A stretch of 64,000 nucleotides of DNA from Octopus bimaculoides (lineage: Eukaryota), in assembly GCF_001194135.2 (NCBI RefSeq), contig NC_068987.1, positions 81,470,829 to 81,534,828 of the forward strand, written 5' to 3'. The position numbers and the translations under genes were made by a program. The notes under the pieces were generated by a model, which saw nothing but the letters and a program-made list of their open reading frames with translations, was not told the DNA's origin and ran no database searches. Below, one piece after another: positions 13,033 through 25,792 of this stretch (the first letter of the stretch is position 1; every line of letters begins with the position of its first letter).

Positions 13033-14489
13033 CTAGTTGAATTACCCGGTAATACCCAGAAAAGTAGGGATTAGTTCCAGTTCCCATTACACTATTTCAT
13101 GTCCTATCCAGCTTCCTGTTTAGTTCCTGTTTTAGTTCCGCTCCCATTCCTATCCCCAATCCTATGTCAATATATAAATTTTAGAATCAGTGTGGTGTAA
13201 TTGAGCCATTAAATATTTTATTAACCTTTATGGTAATAGATTATTGCTAAAAATAGGTATTACAAACTATTAACATGATTAATGATTGAATAAGGAATGT
13301 CCCTATATTATTTTAACAAACGAATATGCATCTGAGTAAAAAAAATGATTTGGCCAGTAATACTGGGAAAGACGGGAGTTATTTCCAGTTCCTGTTTGCC
13401 ATTACATTGTTCCATGTCCTATCCTGTTTCCTGTTCAGTTCCCATCTTTATGCCCAGCTCGTCATTTATGGCAATAGTCTATTGCTTAAAATTGATATTA
13501 CAAACTAATAATTTGATTAGTGGGTGAATAAGGAATGTCCCTATATTATTTCAACAAGTGAATATGCTTCTGAGTAAAATAAATTAGGTAAATGGATAGA
13601 TTTACAAATACATTGACAAATAGTCTGTGTATTGTAGCTGGCGTTGTTACTTGTCATAGCTTACTGTAGCTGATTTGTAAACATGTGCTACAGTCCCCCC
13701 TCCCTAGGGGGCCCATTATAGATTTTTATTGATATCCAATTCACCTATAATTCAACTGGATATTAAGAACAAATGAATAACAAAATCGGATTTAATGTGG
13801 AAAATTATTTCAATATACCAAATTTGAAAATTTTGATGTAATTTTAGAATCTCACAATATGTGAGAGCAACAGGGAAGACCCTACAAAAGTAGAGAGACA
13901 GACAGTTATAGGACGTCACACACACACACATAAATTTACAAATGTACACATAGGTAATCTCGAGTTTGAAATGGTGTTTAGTAAACATACGTATGTATGT
14001 ATGAGTGTGTGTGTGTGTGTGTGTGTGAGTATTTCTTTGAGATGGACAGCAGAAAAGCCAACTACCCCCTCTCTCCTTAAAGCTACATATTCCTCACACC
14101 CACCTTTCTGTGTGTGTGTGTGTGTGTGAGGTACCTATGTATTTACGAAAATATGTATGCAGCATAGTGTGTATATGACAGCTATATTAACAATAACATC
14201 CCATAGCGACCACTGTTCTCATCTTCACTGATATAAGTCACCCTCACTCTGCCACTACCTTTCCATCCAACTAATACTTTTTGCAACCTTCTCATTTTAT
14301 CATCTAATTCACTGAACACCCTTGGGGAGGAAGGGCACATTATAGAATTTTATCAAAATCCAATTAACCTGTTATAGAACTGAATGTTAGTGTATGCAAA
14401 ATTTCGTGAATGTTGGTTTGCTGGTTTAGACACTACGATGGTAACAAACACACAGACAGTCAGACAGAAATTGCCATTTATATATTAGA
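13033..14489 (-). mobile_element. Non-autonomous Helitron
   Basis: On the minus strand the 5' end is A|TCTAATATATAAATGG (14489) and the 3' end is TCTGG-GTATTA-CCGGG hairpin..TAATTCAA-CTAG|T (13033). It sits in an A|T dinucleotide with no TSD and has internal direct repeats and CA/GT microsatellites. Confidence 0.7.
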
Positions 14490-15084
14490 TACATGCATAC
14501 ATACCAATCTCCTTTTCTACCAAAGTTTTAACAATGATTGTTTTACCATAATATTTCTCCTATACTTCATTACTACTAGTTGTCTAATCAGTACCATTCC
14601 CATATGTAACTTTAATAAGATGGGCAATGTATATATGAAACAAGCCTTACACCCCTCAGTGTTTGATCTAACTTGATTTTTGTGATTGCCAAACTGTTGA
14701 ATGGAATCATTCTATACTAGATTTTCCATATGAAAGAAACCAAGAATTTTCAACAAAGACTTTTTAATAGTGGCACAAGGCCACACAATTTGTGAGGAAC
14801 ACTCGAGTGAATTAAATGAAAATCAGCATTTTATTGCTTCTTATTTTGTTGACCCTCTCTACACACCAGAGAGGATGAAGGGCAAAGTCAGTCACTGAGA
14901 TTTTAATACAGAACATAGAAGGACATCAATGAATACCAAAAACATTTTGTCCATCGTTCTTCAAATACTGATAATCTACCAAATAGCGATACTGAATAAT
15001 CACACAACACTCAATTTCACCGTGGATTTTAAGCTCAGTGTTCTTGTTAACACCAACCACTTTAAAGAATGTACTATACTCTCT

Positions 15085-15490
15085 CTCTTTTACTCTTTTA
15101 CTTGTTTCAGTCATTTGACTGCGGCCATGCTGGAGCACCGCCTTTAGTCGAGCAAATCGACCCCAAGACTTATTCTTTGGATGCCTAGTACTTTTTCTAT
15201 CGGTGTCTTTTGCCGAACCGCTAAGTTACGGGGGACGTAAACACACCACCATTGGTTGTCAAGCAATGCTGGGGGAACAAACACAGACACACAAGCATAT
15301 ACACAAACATACATATATATACATATATACGACAGGCTTCTTTCAGTTTCCATCTACCAAATCCACTCACAAGGCTTTGGTCGGCCCGAGGCTATAGTAG
15401 GAGACACTTGCCCAAGGTGCCATGCAGTGAGAATGAACCCGGAACCATGTGGTTGGTAAGCAAGCTACTTACCTCACAGCCACTCCTATG
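15085..15490 (-). mobile_element. tRNA-derived SINE, family A (near full length)
   Basis: Head ataggagtggctgtgaggtaagtagcttgcttaccaaccacatggttccgggttcattc, internal (TA/TG)n, and tail gactgaaacaagtaaaagagtaaaagag. Confidence 0.9.
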
Positions 15491-16771
15491 TACATTTTTC
15501 AATGGCCCTTATCACTAAACAAGTAGTTTTTGTCTTGGCTAAAAAGTTCTCTTGTCCCTGTGTTTTCTCCACTCGATTTGGCTATCATTTTATAATGTGT
15601 CCATGGTGGTGGGTTTTTTTAATTTTTATGGCACCAGTATTAGTGAGGTCACCTTGTTACTCACTCTATAGAGCTCCACAACTGAAAGGAAGAATAGGAG
15701 AAAGTGATAACTTTAGGCAAGGTATTGAGTGAAGTTAAAATATGAAAGATAGGAACAGATTTATTGCTGTGATAGGGTTATATTGAAGTGATTAACTGAG
15801 GACACTGATGAGAAGTAATGGAAGGGGAAGAGAGGTGTCAGAAGTTAGTGAGTAAGGGAGAGGGACAGAGGTTGTTTCTCACTAACCACTCACATATATA
15901 TTGGTGATTGTATGTTTTACACACACACAAACACACACACACACACACACACACACATAATAAATATAAAGGTACAGGATTTGCAAAGTGAGACATAGTA
16001 AGGATAATGTGAGGTGAAAAAGTGTTGGATGTGTACAACTAATTTAGAGGAGTGAAAAACCATTAAGGTGGTAGTATAGTGGTGGCGGTGGCTGCGGTGG
16101 TGATGGTAATAGTAGTAAAAGGAAAAGAAACAACACATCTGTGTTAGTGATTTTAGAATGTTGGTGTATGAGTCTTTGCCAATCAGTCAGATGACCATTT
16201 TTCTTTGAATATGGGTTTAGGTTTTATATGTGTGTGTGTGTGTATGTGTGTGTGTGTAACAGTAATGCTGTCCCAGATATGTGGGGAACAGTGATTTTTA
16301 CTTAAGCTTTGGAGAAAGTTATCAACTAATTAGAGCAGAAGTGTTTTTTGAGCTTGAAAGGAAATTTATTCTTTGATGTGTAATTTTCACATTATTACAG
16401 ATGTGTGGTCACCATTGAAGAGTATGAGAGGTTATTAGGCCTAACATTGTAGAAATCGGAAATTTGTTGTTACTGGTTCACCCCAGGTCAATTCCAATTG
16501 AAAGACCTCTGATTAAAGGCATTCAAACTTTGAATCCTGTCTTTTAGGAGTATTCAGAAATACAATATCTAATGTGTCCAGTTTGAGAGAGATTTAGCTG
16601 ATATTTTTAGCAAGTTAAGTAGCCCTACAAAAGTTTCTTCATCGGCCAAGATTTCTTTTAGCTGTCTAAATTCCCAAGTAGAAAGAGTGATCATTTTCAT
16701 TACTGTGACCTTTATATGTATAATGAGGGCTTGATACTGTGGAGGATATTAGGCTGTCATGTTCCCTTTAA

Positions 16772-16992
16772 CCCTTTTGATACCAACCCGGCTGAAACCA
16801 CCTCTGGCTCTTTAGTACAAATTCTTGTTTTCATAAGCTTTGAATTAAAATCATCCACCAAACCTTAGTAACAATTTATTTTTCTAACACTAGCTTAATG
16901 ATTACCAAGTTATTTTACTAAATTCTTAGTTCTATTTAAAATTAATTGAAAGAAACACAGAGCATCTCAAAAGAAATGCAGTAACAAAAGGG
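16772..16992. mobile_element. piggyBac-like MITE
   Basis: TTAA then CCCTTTTGATAC ... GTAACAAAAGGG (11/12 inverted match). A second copy at 47686-47892 shares the termini and the internal gttattttactaaattctt. Confidence 0.65.
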
Positions 16993-17699
16993 TGTTTCCA
17001 GGGATTATGTTCACAGAAACTGTGCAAGTCTGAAACATAATATCTAAGTCATATATGAATGGTGTGAAAGGTTAATGACTGAGCAACATGTAGAAGAATT
17101 TTTGTATGTGTTTTAATTAGAAGGAACCAGGTCATAAAGTACTGACAAAATGTATTGAAGACAATAATAAAACCCTGAAACAAGCTTGGATTTACAAAAG
17201 TTGTTTGAAGAAAGTTCTCTTGACACACGTTGCAATGGAGAAGTCTGACTATAAATTTGAACAGGCAACTTTGTTGCAGGAAGTTATGTCAGACATCAGA
17301 TTAGATTTTACCTGTCAAGGCTAATAAAACAGCTCTTACTGGTGTATCATGTTAGAGAACAAATATTTCACTAGACTAGGTCATCAAAGACTGTCTTAGT
17401 TTTATGTGAGTAGATTAAAAGTAGATGATAAAGATGAATCTGGCTGTTTGTATCATGGACTATCTACAAAAATTTATTTTAAGGAAGAAACATATATGCA
17501 AACAATATTAGTGAGTTTAATATAGCTGAAAACTAACCTGAAAGGGATTTAATAAAAAAACAAAAACAAAAGCCATAGCTTTCAATGCGTGATTATGATA
17601 TGGTAGTATGTACCATGCTTTGGCTAATTGTTTTAAGTTACTATATAGCAGTGACCAGACAGAGATATCCTCTCAGGTCTTTCATCTTTGTCAGCAGAA

Positions 17700-17895
17700 C
17701 ATTGAGGACATGATGCCTGAAGGGAGTGAGGGCCGTACTAGCAATGGGCTGGTTCTCTTTTCTTGCTGAGTAGACTGGAGCAATGTGAAATGAAGTGTCT
17801 TGCCTCAGGATACAATGTATTGTATTTCCTAGTTCAGAAATTGAACCTGTAACCTTGTGATCACATGCCCAACACCCTAATCACTTAGCCATGTT
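17700..17895 (-). mobile_element. SINE family C (decayed)
   Basis: gactggagcaatgtgaaatgaagtgtcttgc...gaacctgtaaccttgtgatc...cacttagccatg matches the family C head and core. Confidence 0.6.
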
Positions 17896-19129
17896 CTGTC
17901 AAGGTTTCTTATATTATTGATTAGGAAAATATTTTCAAAGTATAAAATTTTGCTATCTTTCAATAATCACTTCAGTGGTACAATTGATCTTTTGGTTAGG
18001 CATGTTCACATATGTTAACTGACCAAAGGGCAAACTGGAGCAATCTGTAAGCCATAGATAACACCTTACATGTGATCAAACACAAAGAAAAATATATACA
18101 ATATATATCAAATTTAAAGATGTTGCTCTAAAAGCTTTTCTGCAATGTGAATACAAACAGTCTCACAATAATACTGATAAACAGATAAGCTATAAATATC
18201 CAATTTATTTCATGCTATCTACAAGAATACCAAAAGATGTGATAAATAATGAATTTCAATGTCTTTTTAAGGCCTTTAAAAACCTACTCTGTATCTACAC
18301 TGAATGTGAATGTACAGTTACTGCCAAATCTTTTTTTTTTTATCCATTGTTCCAAGTTAGGTAACATCCCATGGTTTATTTGCTGGAGCAGCTGTTTTTA
18401 TTGTAGATTATTCTTTCAATCTCTAATCTGAGTACTAAGAAGTGAAATCTATTCCTTGTTCAGTCAGGCAAACTAGAGCAAGTAGATTTATGTGCTTTAC
18501 TCAAGGGTTTAACACAATGGTGGTTTTAAGATTTAACATTCTGAACACATAAAAGCTTTGTGGTTTTTCAAGCATATCAAATTCCAGTTCTATCTATTTC
18601 TCACTCACTGATCCCAGAGAGTTTTTATCTCATACCTTATGACTTAACACAACAGGAAAATTGGTCCTTCTAGCATACCTAACAAAATCCTGAAACCTTT
18701 TAAAAATGAAATATGTAAACTATTGGCCCAAATCATTATTCTACCATTTTCAAACAAAACATTTGCTGTTAATTTAAAAATAAAGTAATTCCTGATTTCA
18801 AAAAATATTTTCCACCAAAGTACTGCAACTATAAATCTATCTTTCTCTTATTTATCATTGAAAAAATAAAGCATTTATATCTAATAGAATTTCTTGAAAA
18901 GTTTCAATGGTTTCTTTCTATGCAGTTTTGCAGTTTTGATAATTGAAGAGCCAACCAGCAATATGTATCATAATTAACAGCACCAAAAATATGTACAAAT
19001 TACAAAGCACTTCACTGGTCAATGTATATCTTGGACTTTTGTTAAATCAAGGAAGCAAAGGGTACATTCAAGAATCATAGCATTATACAACCTACAAGAT
19101 CTCTCACCCTGCAAAGTATTAAAATACCA

Positions 19130-19375
19130 TCATCATCATCATCATCATCATTTGATGTCTGTTTTCCATGCTGACATTGGTTGAATGGCTTGACTGGAAC
19201 TTACAAGCCAGAGTTCTGCACCAGACTCCGATTGTCTGTTTTGGCATAGTTTCTATGACTGGATGCCCTTCATAATACCAACCACTCTACAGAGTGTACT
19301 GGGTGCTTTTTATGTGGCACTAGCATGAATGCTTTTTACATAGCACCAGCATGGGAATTCACCAAGTTTGTGAAA
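19130..19375 (-). mobile_element. RTE LINE 3' end
   Basis: (CAT)n followed by ttgatgtctgttttccatgctgacattgg...ctggatgcccttcataataccaaccact. Confidence 0.7.
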
Positions 19376-19509
19376 TCCTCTTTTCCTCCATTTTCTGAAC
19401 ATGATTGATATGTTAGCAGAACTCCAACTGAACAAAGCTTCCACATTTACAGCTAGCTTTATATCAAACACCAAGCTCACCACCATATACACATAAGTGC
19501 CTAGTAAAA

Positions 19510-19841
19510 AGAAACTCTTCTAATCACTTCAAATCAACAAGGCCATCAACTCTGGTAATGTCCCTTCCCTCCCAAACAATGCATCCAAAACTACCCCTTA
19601 CCTTCACCAAACTTTTCATTCTCTCTGTCTACATGCATCTGTTTTAATCTTTGAAACATGCTACAGTGTTTACTATTACAAGAAGTCAAGGACAACCCTT
19701 CTGATCTAGCCAACTATTGTCCAATTGAGAAAATCTCTTTTGAAATGTTGTCCAATTGTTCTCAATTGTACATCATTTTAAAAGGAATGGTAACAACAAC
19801 ATCAATCTTCTATAATAGACTGACTCTCTCTCTCTCTCTCT

Positions 19842-19887
<46 letters not shown>

Positions 19888-21230
19888 TCTCTCTCTTCAT
19901 TGGTCACCAGTATAGCTTTTGTAAAGACAGCTATACAGGAAATCTAATGTGCCATGTTACCAACTAGTGACCTCTTGCCTTTCGGAAGTTTTATCTTAAC
20001 AGTGTGGTTGTACTTAACACAAGAGCATAAGATAGACTCAGTCCCTTAATCAGTTAAGAGTTGCCTCCCTTCCCTGCATTTGGTGCTGATGAGAAGATAA
20101 CCACTTTGAATGTATGCATCCACTGAGCTGGATAGAGGCTTACTTTGAACTGATTTGTATGTTTACACCTTTTTGTCCACTGTGAGAATATTTCTTGATG
20201 ACAAAATGTTGTAAATGACCTTCTTACAGGTTTGAAAATATTTTAAACATATTTGAACTGGTAACAAGTTCACTATGTCTCTCTATGTCTTGCACACAAA
20301 TCTTCTGAAAAACTCACCACCTACTGAGTTCCATTCATCTCTTGTCTCTTGGATTGATGTCTTCTTGCAGGACTGCAACATCAGGATCTCTATTGATGGA
20401 ACTCTCTTTTAGCCACACTCAGTAACCCTGATGGATTCCAAAGTTTGGTTTTGTCTTCCAGTGTCTCCAGCAGTGCCTGCTCTTATGTAAATGACAAACT
20501 CCTTAATATACCTCTAATCTTCCATACACAACGATCATTTCCATACAATCTTGATACTCCACACCAGAACCCAAGTGATTCCATGAACAGAGACCTTAAA
20601 AGCACCCTCCAGATAGATCAAATGGTTAATTCCAATATTGTCTCTTTCTAGTACAGACACCATCACTATGCATATATCAAGAAGACATCACTGCATTTTA
20701 TACCTTTCATAAATTATGAGCCGCATACAACTAAGAGCCCTTGTGAGCTCTCCAAATTCTAGGCCTCAAAACCATTAAGAATCTTGTAAATATATTTTGC
20801 ATGTCAAAAATTGGTCTTCCTATTTAGGGGCAGAAAATACTTCACCTTTTATCAAATACTTAACCTGGCTGGAAGATGTTATACATAGAGACAATTTAAA
20901 TTACAATTTTTAAAGGCCATCTAACTTTCATTCACCAAAATACTTCAACTCCTAACCTTTTTAACATGCTGCTTTCTTTCCTCTGCTTCTTCTCCTGCTA
21001 CTGTAGTAGTCTCTGTTTCTCAGAATTTTCTGGCATTGGACCACTTCCACACCAACTCACTTGGCTTACTCATCTCATTTCCTGTCATCACCCATATGAT
21101 GCATCTTTCTCTCAGACTACCCACTGTACCATGTCTTTGCCGTAATATTGCTCTCCTATTACAATTCCCTCCTTGCACTACTTGTGACTTACAACTTGTT
21201 CAAGAGGAATGTTAGCTGTATTGATCTCAC
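19510..21230 (+). mobile_element. Decayed CR1/Jockey-group LINE RT fragment (clade not assigned)
   Basis: Fragmentary translations include KDNPSDLANYCPI (cf. KGDxSxPSNYRPI), LVSWIDVFLQDCNIRISIDG, SYVNDKLL (cf. FINDLL) and ACQKLVFLFRGRKYF, with many stops and frameshifts. A (CT)n run interrupts it at 19823-19895. Confidence 0.65.
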
Positions 21231-22566
21231 TCATCTCAGCATATTCCCTTTCTCTAGACCAATTCAATAAAAAAACTAAATTATTCTATACTTTCTTTTT
21301 TACCATTACAACTAATGCAGTTTCTTCTTCTATACAAATCTTATTTAGTCTGGGCAGCCATTTTGAATATATTTTTTATGTTGTAATTTGTGTTACTGTC
21401 TCAATGCTGTTATTTATACCAGTAAGTTCAACATGTATTAATTAAATATCCAGCATGGAATATTTAAAAGAAAACATCTTTCCATTCTTTCAAAACTTAC
21501 TTTATTATATTTTTGTTATGCCAATATCATTATTGTTAAAAGTACCCAAATACATAAACTTATCCCCATCTTTTTATACTTCTCTGAAATGGTAACTGAT
21601 GCACACACTTACATATTGAAGAAGCTAATGTTAGTTTCAGTAGTTCAGCCTATTTTCTATTAAATAGAACTGTTTGGTCAATGACATTGGCAGGTATCCC
21701 CTCAAAATAATTGTCCAAGTATTAAAATGTAAAGGATGTCATTCATTAAATATCCTTTGGATTTTATAGGCAATTATTTTGAGAAATTAATAGATGTGAT
21801 AAAACTACATTCAATGTAGCAGTTATATTACTTTGTTAATGTCAGAAAATGTTGCAGTATATCAGGAAGTTAGTTATATGATCTTCCATATGGGGTTTAC
21901 ATGGAAATTTAATTAGAAGAGCTTAATATACTAGAGATGTGCGTTAATCAGAGGTGCTTCTCTACAGATAGTGATCTGCAATATTTTTCATTTGAACATT
22001 CTTTAATGCTCTCCCTTTTCGTATTGAAACCTGCTTGTTTTTTCTTTCTAGATAAGAATTCACATAGCAGTTCCCTAGATTGTGCATCCTGTTGCAAAAA
22101 AAAGAAAAAGACACTTCACAAACACTTGTAAATTTCTTCACTATTTATACTAGAAGAACATAAATTCAAAAACAGGAAAATAAAAGTGTTCCTTTTCTCA
22201 AGATCTTCTTAATTTCATTTCTATGATATTAGCAACACTTGTTTCAAAGAAAATTGTAATTCAAAGCCAATTAATGTGCCTTTAATTTGTGATTCATATT
22301 TTTTCTTGTTGTGTGATGTTCAACAGATTTAAAGGATTCTTATAATGCGTTGCAATAAACCTAGTCCTTTTCCAAATATTGCTCCTTATTGCACAATCAT
22401 ATGAGATTGTACTGCTGTGATAGCAATTATCTGAGCTTCAAGAATTTCCATGTTTATGTTATTCTTTGAAACTTTCAGGTTGTAAATTTTCATATTATTG
22501 TCTAAAAGGCAATGGCAATCTAGTTGTGATAATCAAAACTATTATCTTTTGATGAGAGATTAATAA

Positions 22567-24667
22567 CACTGGTCAACAAAATGAAACTTTTTTAATCATC
22601 AGAGTTGCTGATTGACTTTTCTGGGTTAAGTTTTGATGCTGATTACGAATCTGAAGTCCAGTTTCCTCTATCAGGTCACATTTTCATGTTAATGATACCT
22701 GTTGTTTTAACTTATAGGATACATAAAACATGTCTATATAAAGTATATTGAATACAAGATACGATAATTTCATGGCTTTTTATTGTATAAAATTAAAATT
22801 ATTGTGTACAAATAAGTTACAGTACACTCAAATGCATAGCAACTTGAAATCTTTGGGATTTGGACTTTCTATGGTGTTTTGTCTCAGGTTCATTCAACAG
22901 TAGTCGGCTAACATTCCTGCTTTCCAAAATCCTTGATATCATTGTTCCATCGATGCAATATCTTGATGAAAGCGTTCCCTTGCTCATCAGACACTACTCC
23001 AAGGTTCTCTGCAAAAAAGTCCAGATGTGAATCAAGGAAATGGACTTTTTCAGTGTAGAGGTCTAGAAGACATTTCACTCCATTTCTAAACTCTAGAGAT
23101 CTCTTGTTGCATAGGAAATTTTCACAGAACCATTTGAAGGATTCCCAGGCTTTAAGCTCAATCTCATTCAGTGCTGTGAGGAAGTGATTGTCCTTCAGGA
23201 GTTCTTTTATCTGCAGACCTATGAATACGCCCTCCTTCAGTTATGCCTCAGTGATTTTTGGAAATTTGGCCTTCACATATTCAAAACCTTTTGAGCTTTT
23301 CCTGGCAAGTATCTTCACGAATTGTTTCATGAGGCCAAGCTTTATGTGANNNNNNNNNNNNNNNNNNNNNNNNNNNNNNNNNNNNNNNNNNNNNNNNNNN
23401 NNNNNNNNNNNNNNNNNNNNCTCCACATATTTTCCAGCTGTAGTTTGTATACTTTAAGGCATTGAGGAGTACTTGCATGTTTTCATAACACTCCTTCATG
23501 TGCACTGAATGTCCTGTGGGAATGGATGGTTTCTTATTGCCGTTGTGTAGTAGTACTGCCTTGAGGCTTCTCTTAGATGAATCAATGAATAAGCACCATT
23601 CAGCTGGAATATGCTCTTGGAACAAACAGCGAAATAACTCATCAGTGTTATTACTGAAACAAAGTGGTCCATCAACAGAGAAGCATGAAATCAGATCCCT
23701 ATTTCTCTTCCTGAAATGAGTAATACAAACATCTTTCTTAAGCAGACACTTTTCTTGTAGGTGAGATGTTAATAGTTCAGCTTTATCCTTCGACAATGAC
23801 AAGTCTCTGACTAAATCGTTTAACTCTCCTTGAGAAAATTTCTGTGGTACGTCTTCATTTTCAATCATGAAATCTGCATCCACTTCAGTGTCTTCCACAG
23901 CAGCAGTATTTTCTTCAGGAAATACATCTTCGTCAGACATCTGAAGGCCATTTTCTGGTGGTATTGGAATAGGAAGATCATCATCGTTGTGTGGTACTGG
24001 TCTTCTTGCTGATTCCAAGTTGAGATACACAAGCTTTTGCTTGGTCTTTACAGTAAACCCACATACATTAATGTTGCAGAAATAACAGCCCATGAAATGA
24101 TCCTTTGGCTCTCTCCATATCATAGGTATTGCAAACGGCATTACTCTCTTCTTCTTATTTAGCCAATCCCTTAGTCCATTTGAACAAGCTGAGCAGATGA
24201 TGTGCGGGGCCCAACTCTTATCTTGATTCCCAAGAGAGCAGCCAAAGTATAAATGGCAGATCTTCTTGATTTCACTTGTGATGGCACATTTCTGAGCTTT
24301 GGCGGTAAATGAACCACAGACATGACAAAATATATCAGGACTGTTCTTGCAATGCCTTGACATCCTGAGTAGAATTTGATGGTGGTGATGACTTGGCACC
24401 TTAAACAGAAAGTAAAATTTATGAAAAGATTATGAAAACATAAAATTACAAAATGAATACAAACAGTTATAAAACAGAAGTCAGAATCTACTTGTATAAA
24501 ATGTTTACACGTAGCGATACTGCTGATGGGAGTTATATACCTCTCTTATCTCATCAGAAAAACTGTACCTGATAGAAGGAAACTGATTACATTTTTGAAA
24601 TCTGCAGACAAAACTACATCTAAAACACCATATAATATCCCTGATGAAAATTGGCTGTTGACCAGTG
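22567..24667 (-). mobile_element. Chapaev3-type (CMC superfamily) DNA transposon, both ends present
   Basis: Perfect 12-bp TIR CACTGGTCAACA (22567-22578) / TGTTGACCAGTG (24656-24667). TAA flanks both sides (22564-22566, 24668-24670), matching the TWA 3-bp TSD and CAC...GTG termini of Chapaev3. There is also an imperfect subterminal inverted match cagtttcc(t)tctatcagg. Confidence 0.85.
22830..24363 (-). pseudogene. Chapaev3-like DDE transposase, C-terminally disrupted
   Basis: MSRHCKNSPDIFCHVCG...WAPHIICSAC...WREPKDHFMGCYFC (Cys/His zinc region), LFIDSSKRSLKAVLLHNGN, WKICG[gap], HIKLGLMKQFVK, VHFLDSHLDFF, SDEQG/ERFHQDI, MLADYC. The frame is open from 24363 to the gap. Stops at 23241, 22939 and 22894; frameshift near 22978. 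Confidence 0.85.
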
Positions 24668-24949
24668 TAATGAATTATGTGGCTTGATAGGTTGGGTAGG
24701 TCAGCAGGTGGGTTTTCAGATAGATTTGTAGAGTGGTATTTGGTAGATTGACTGCAAGTTGGTCATGTAATTTCATTGGCTTTTATGTAGTCTCAGACTT
24801 TCTATTCTAAGTCTTGTTGATTTCAATAAATTGAGTAGCTGCTTCTATTTTTGAGGTACCTCTATATTTTTGATATGAAATTATTACTATGCCCCTCCCC
24901 TCTTCACTCTCTTGATGATTTTAAAGTTGCTCCAGTTGCTTTAATAACG

Positions 24950-25170
24950 GTTTCAAACTTTGGCATGAGGCCAATGATTTTAGTGGGGTGGAGTTTGTCA
25001 ATTACATCAACCCCATTACTAGAATGGTACTTTATTTTATCAGTCCCAAAAGGATGAAAAATAAAGTTGACCTCAACTGGATTTGAAATCTGAGCATAAA
25101 GAATCAGAAGAAATACCACTAAGCATTGTTGTCTGATGCGCTAATGGTTCTGTAAGCTTGACACCTTCCT
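24950..25170 (-). mobile_element. SINE family B (decayed)
   Basis: aaggatgaaaaataaagttgacctcaactggatttgaaatctgag...gaaataccactaagcatt resembles 41481-41714. Confidence 0.65.
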
Positions 25171-25682
25171 AGTTGCTTTAATAATGAGATCCTTTAGAGT
25201 GCTTTACACAAGCGGGCATTGTGATATAAGCCAAAAGTATTGTGATATTTTATCTTGCAGTAGTTGATGCTACAGTTTGGTTCACTGTTTGCATATTTAA
25301 TTTGGCTTGGCTTTTATTGCTAGATGCCTTTCATATCGAGAACTTCTAACAAATAAGAATAAGTGCATTTATCAGAGTATTAACAGTGAAAAGATTGTCA
25401 AGCAGACAAAGAAACCTATCTAACCTGCTAATAGGTCAAACTTATCAATGGCTTCCAAATGATTTCTAAATAGCCACGCTCCAAGAGTTTTTACTTCTAA
25501 ACCTGGAAGGATAGTTCAGTCAAAAGTCCCAAAAGACACTATCGCGCAAATGCCAAATACAGGACTGTTATTCATAGGAAGTGGATTCTATGTACGTATT
25601 AATTACATTGGATTCACAAAATATGCTAACAGATTGGTTGAGAATCAGGTCTTTGTATGCCTGAGATATATGCAAATAATTA

Positions 25683-25792
25683 GCAGGCATGGCTGTGTGG
25701 TAAGAAGCTTGCTTCCAAGCCACATGTGTCTGGGTTCAGTCTCACTGTGTGGCACCTTGGGCAAGTGCCTTCTATAATAGACTCAGGCTGAC
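25683..25792 (+). mobile_element. SINE family A 5' head (element split by a nested RTE and MITE; 3' half at 27945-28305)
   Basis: gcaggcatggctgtgtggtaagaagcttgcttcc...gggttcagtctcactg...gactcaggctgac. Confidence 0.8.
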
